DNA of 64,000 nucleotides from an uncultured Methanosarcinales archaeon (GTDB lineage: Archaea; Nanobdellota; Nanobdellia; Woesearchaeales; GW2011-AR9). A program made the position numbers and the translations under genes. Shown one piece after another: positions 63,533 through 64,000 of this stretch. A model generated the notes under the pieces. That model was not told the origin of the DNA and searched no databases. It saw only the letters and a program-made list of their open reading frames with translations. The stretch lies in NCBI GenBank assembly GCA_964552945.1, contig CAZKIP010000001.1:142109-206108 (forward strand), given 5' to 3'. The first letter of the stretch is position 1. Each line of letters opens with the position of its first letter.

Positions 63533-64000
63533 ATGCCAAAAATTGAATTAAGATATCAAAAAGTATCTGATGCCAAGAGGTTCTTTGAAATTCTAAACAA
63601 TCCTAATTTTTTATATTTCAGTTCTAAACCTAAATCCATTGAAGAAGAAAGAGAATTTCTTAGAAAAACTCAAAAAAATAAAAGAAATAATTATGGACAT
63701 AATTTTACAATCCTTTATGATAAAAAAATGGTGGGTGGCGCTGGAATTAAAGTAAACCAACATCGAAAGCATATCGGAGAAATAGGTTATTTCATAGATT
63801 ATGATTATTGGAACAAAGGGATTGCTACCAAAGTTGTTAAAATATTAGAAAAAATTGGAAAAGATTTAGGGATTAGAAGGTTTGAAATTGTTCTTTATCA
63901 TAAGAATAAAGGAAGTATGAAAGTTGCTCTAAAAAATAATTATAAAAGGGAAGCCGTATTAAGAAAATTTGACAAAGTTCTAGGGAAGTATAGAGACATG
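63533..64000 (+). CDS. GNAT-family N-acetyltransferase (RimJ/RimL-like), 3' end outside the window
   Basis: Hand translation: MPKIELRYQKVSDAKRFFEILNNPNF...GEIGYFIDYDYWNKGIATKVVKILEKIG... Confidence 0.7.
   Translation, partial: MPKIELRYQKVSDAKRFFEILNNPNFLYFSSKPKSIEEEREFLRKTQKNKRNNYGHNFTILYDKKMVGGAGIKVNQHRKHIGEIGYFIDYDYWNKGIATKVVKILEKIGKDLGIRRFEIVLYHKNKGSMKVALKNNYKREAVLRKFDKVLGKYRDM

Noticed and set aside
1-64000. Looked for rRNA, tRNA (including split or intron-containing forms), CRISPR arrays, transposases, integrases, reverse transcriptases and long terminal or inverted repeats.
   Set aside because: No T-arm/D-arm-like GC-rich ~75-nt blocks, no regularly spaced repeats, and no DDE, tyrosine-recombinase or RT motifs in any ORF. 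By eye only; tRNAscan-SE, Infernal and a self-dot-plot should confirm.

Overview
AT-rich (about one-third G+C by eye), gene-dense archaeal chromosomal segment with about 80 coding regions, short spacers and many ATGA/TAATG stop-start overlaps. All calls come from reading the sequence and ORF track and recognising motifs; no searches were run.

Archaeal identity rests on these loci:
- L44e-S27e-aIF2alpha-Nop10 operon
- Pop5-PsmA-SBDS-Rrp4-Rrp41-Rrp42-RpoK exosome/proteasome superoperon
- S15, Pth2, PAN, RFC large subunit, FEN1, XPD, EndA, Trm5
- Ser/Gly/Val/Cys-tRNA synthetases

Bacterial-type metabolic genes (class II FBA, RpiB, Rpe, split transketolase, RadC), many small orphan ORFs and polybasic proteins suggest a small-genome DPANN-type archaeon (Woese-/Pace-/Nanoarchaeota-like). 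That placement is inference only. I found no rRNA, tRNA, CRISPR array, transposase or integrase.

Loci I consider most worth follow-up:
1. 17.2-20.5 kb: an RHH-repressor operon with operator repeats. It encodes two lipobox proteins, one with a caspase/CHAT/C80-like His-Cys dyad.
2. 15.35-16.02 kb: an orphan micro-operon (uORF + 87-aa + 105-aa ORFs) inserted inside the exosome/proteasome superoperon. It has 18-bp promoter repeats and an in-phase U_UUA_AAA -1 frameshift heptamer in the overlap of the two ORFs.
3. 38.6-43.2 kb: a six-gene extracytoplasmic thiol-disulfide island (TlpA-like, CcdA, DUF3179, LOG, VKOR-Trx fusion, DsbD_2-like), plus a second Trx-lipoprotein/flavoprotein reductase pair at 32-34 kb.
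4. A histone-H1-like Lys/Ala repeat protein, and a 36-aa polybasic peptide with a related 5' end that is translationally coupled to transketolase.
5. A ThiI-like protein with a destroyed PP-loop.
6. A minimal membrane-anchored FtsK/HerA-type ATPase.
7. GC-rich hairpins at 2.7 kb.
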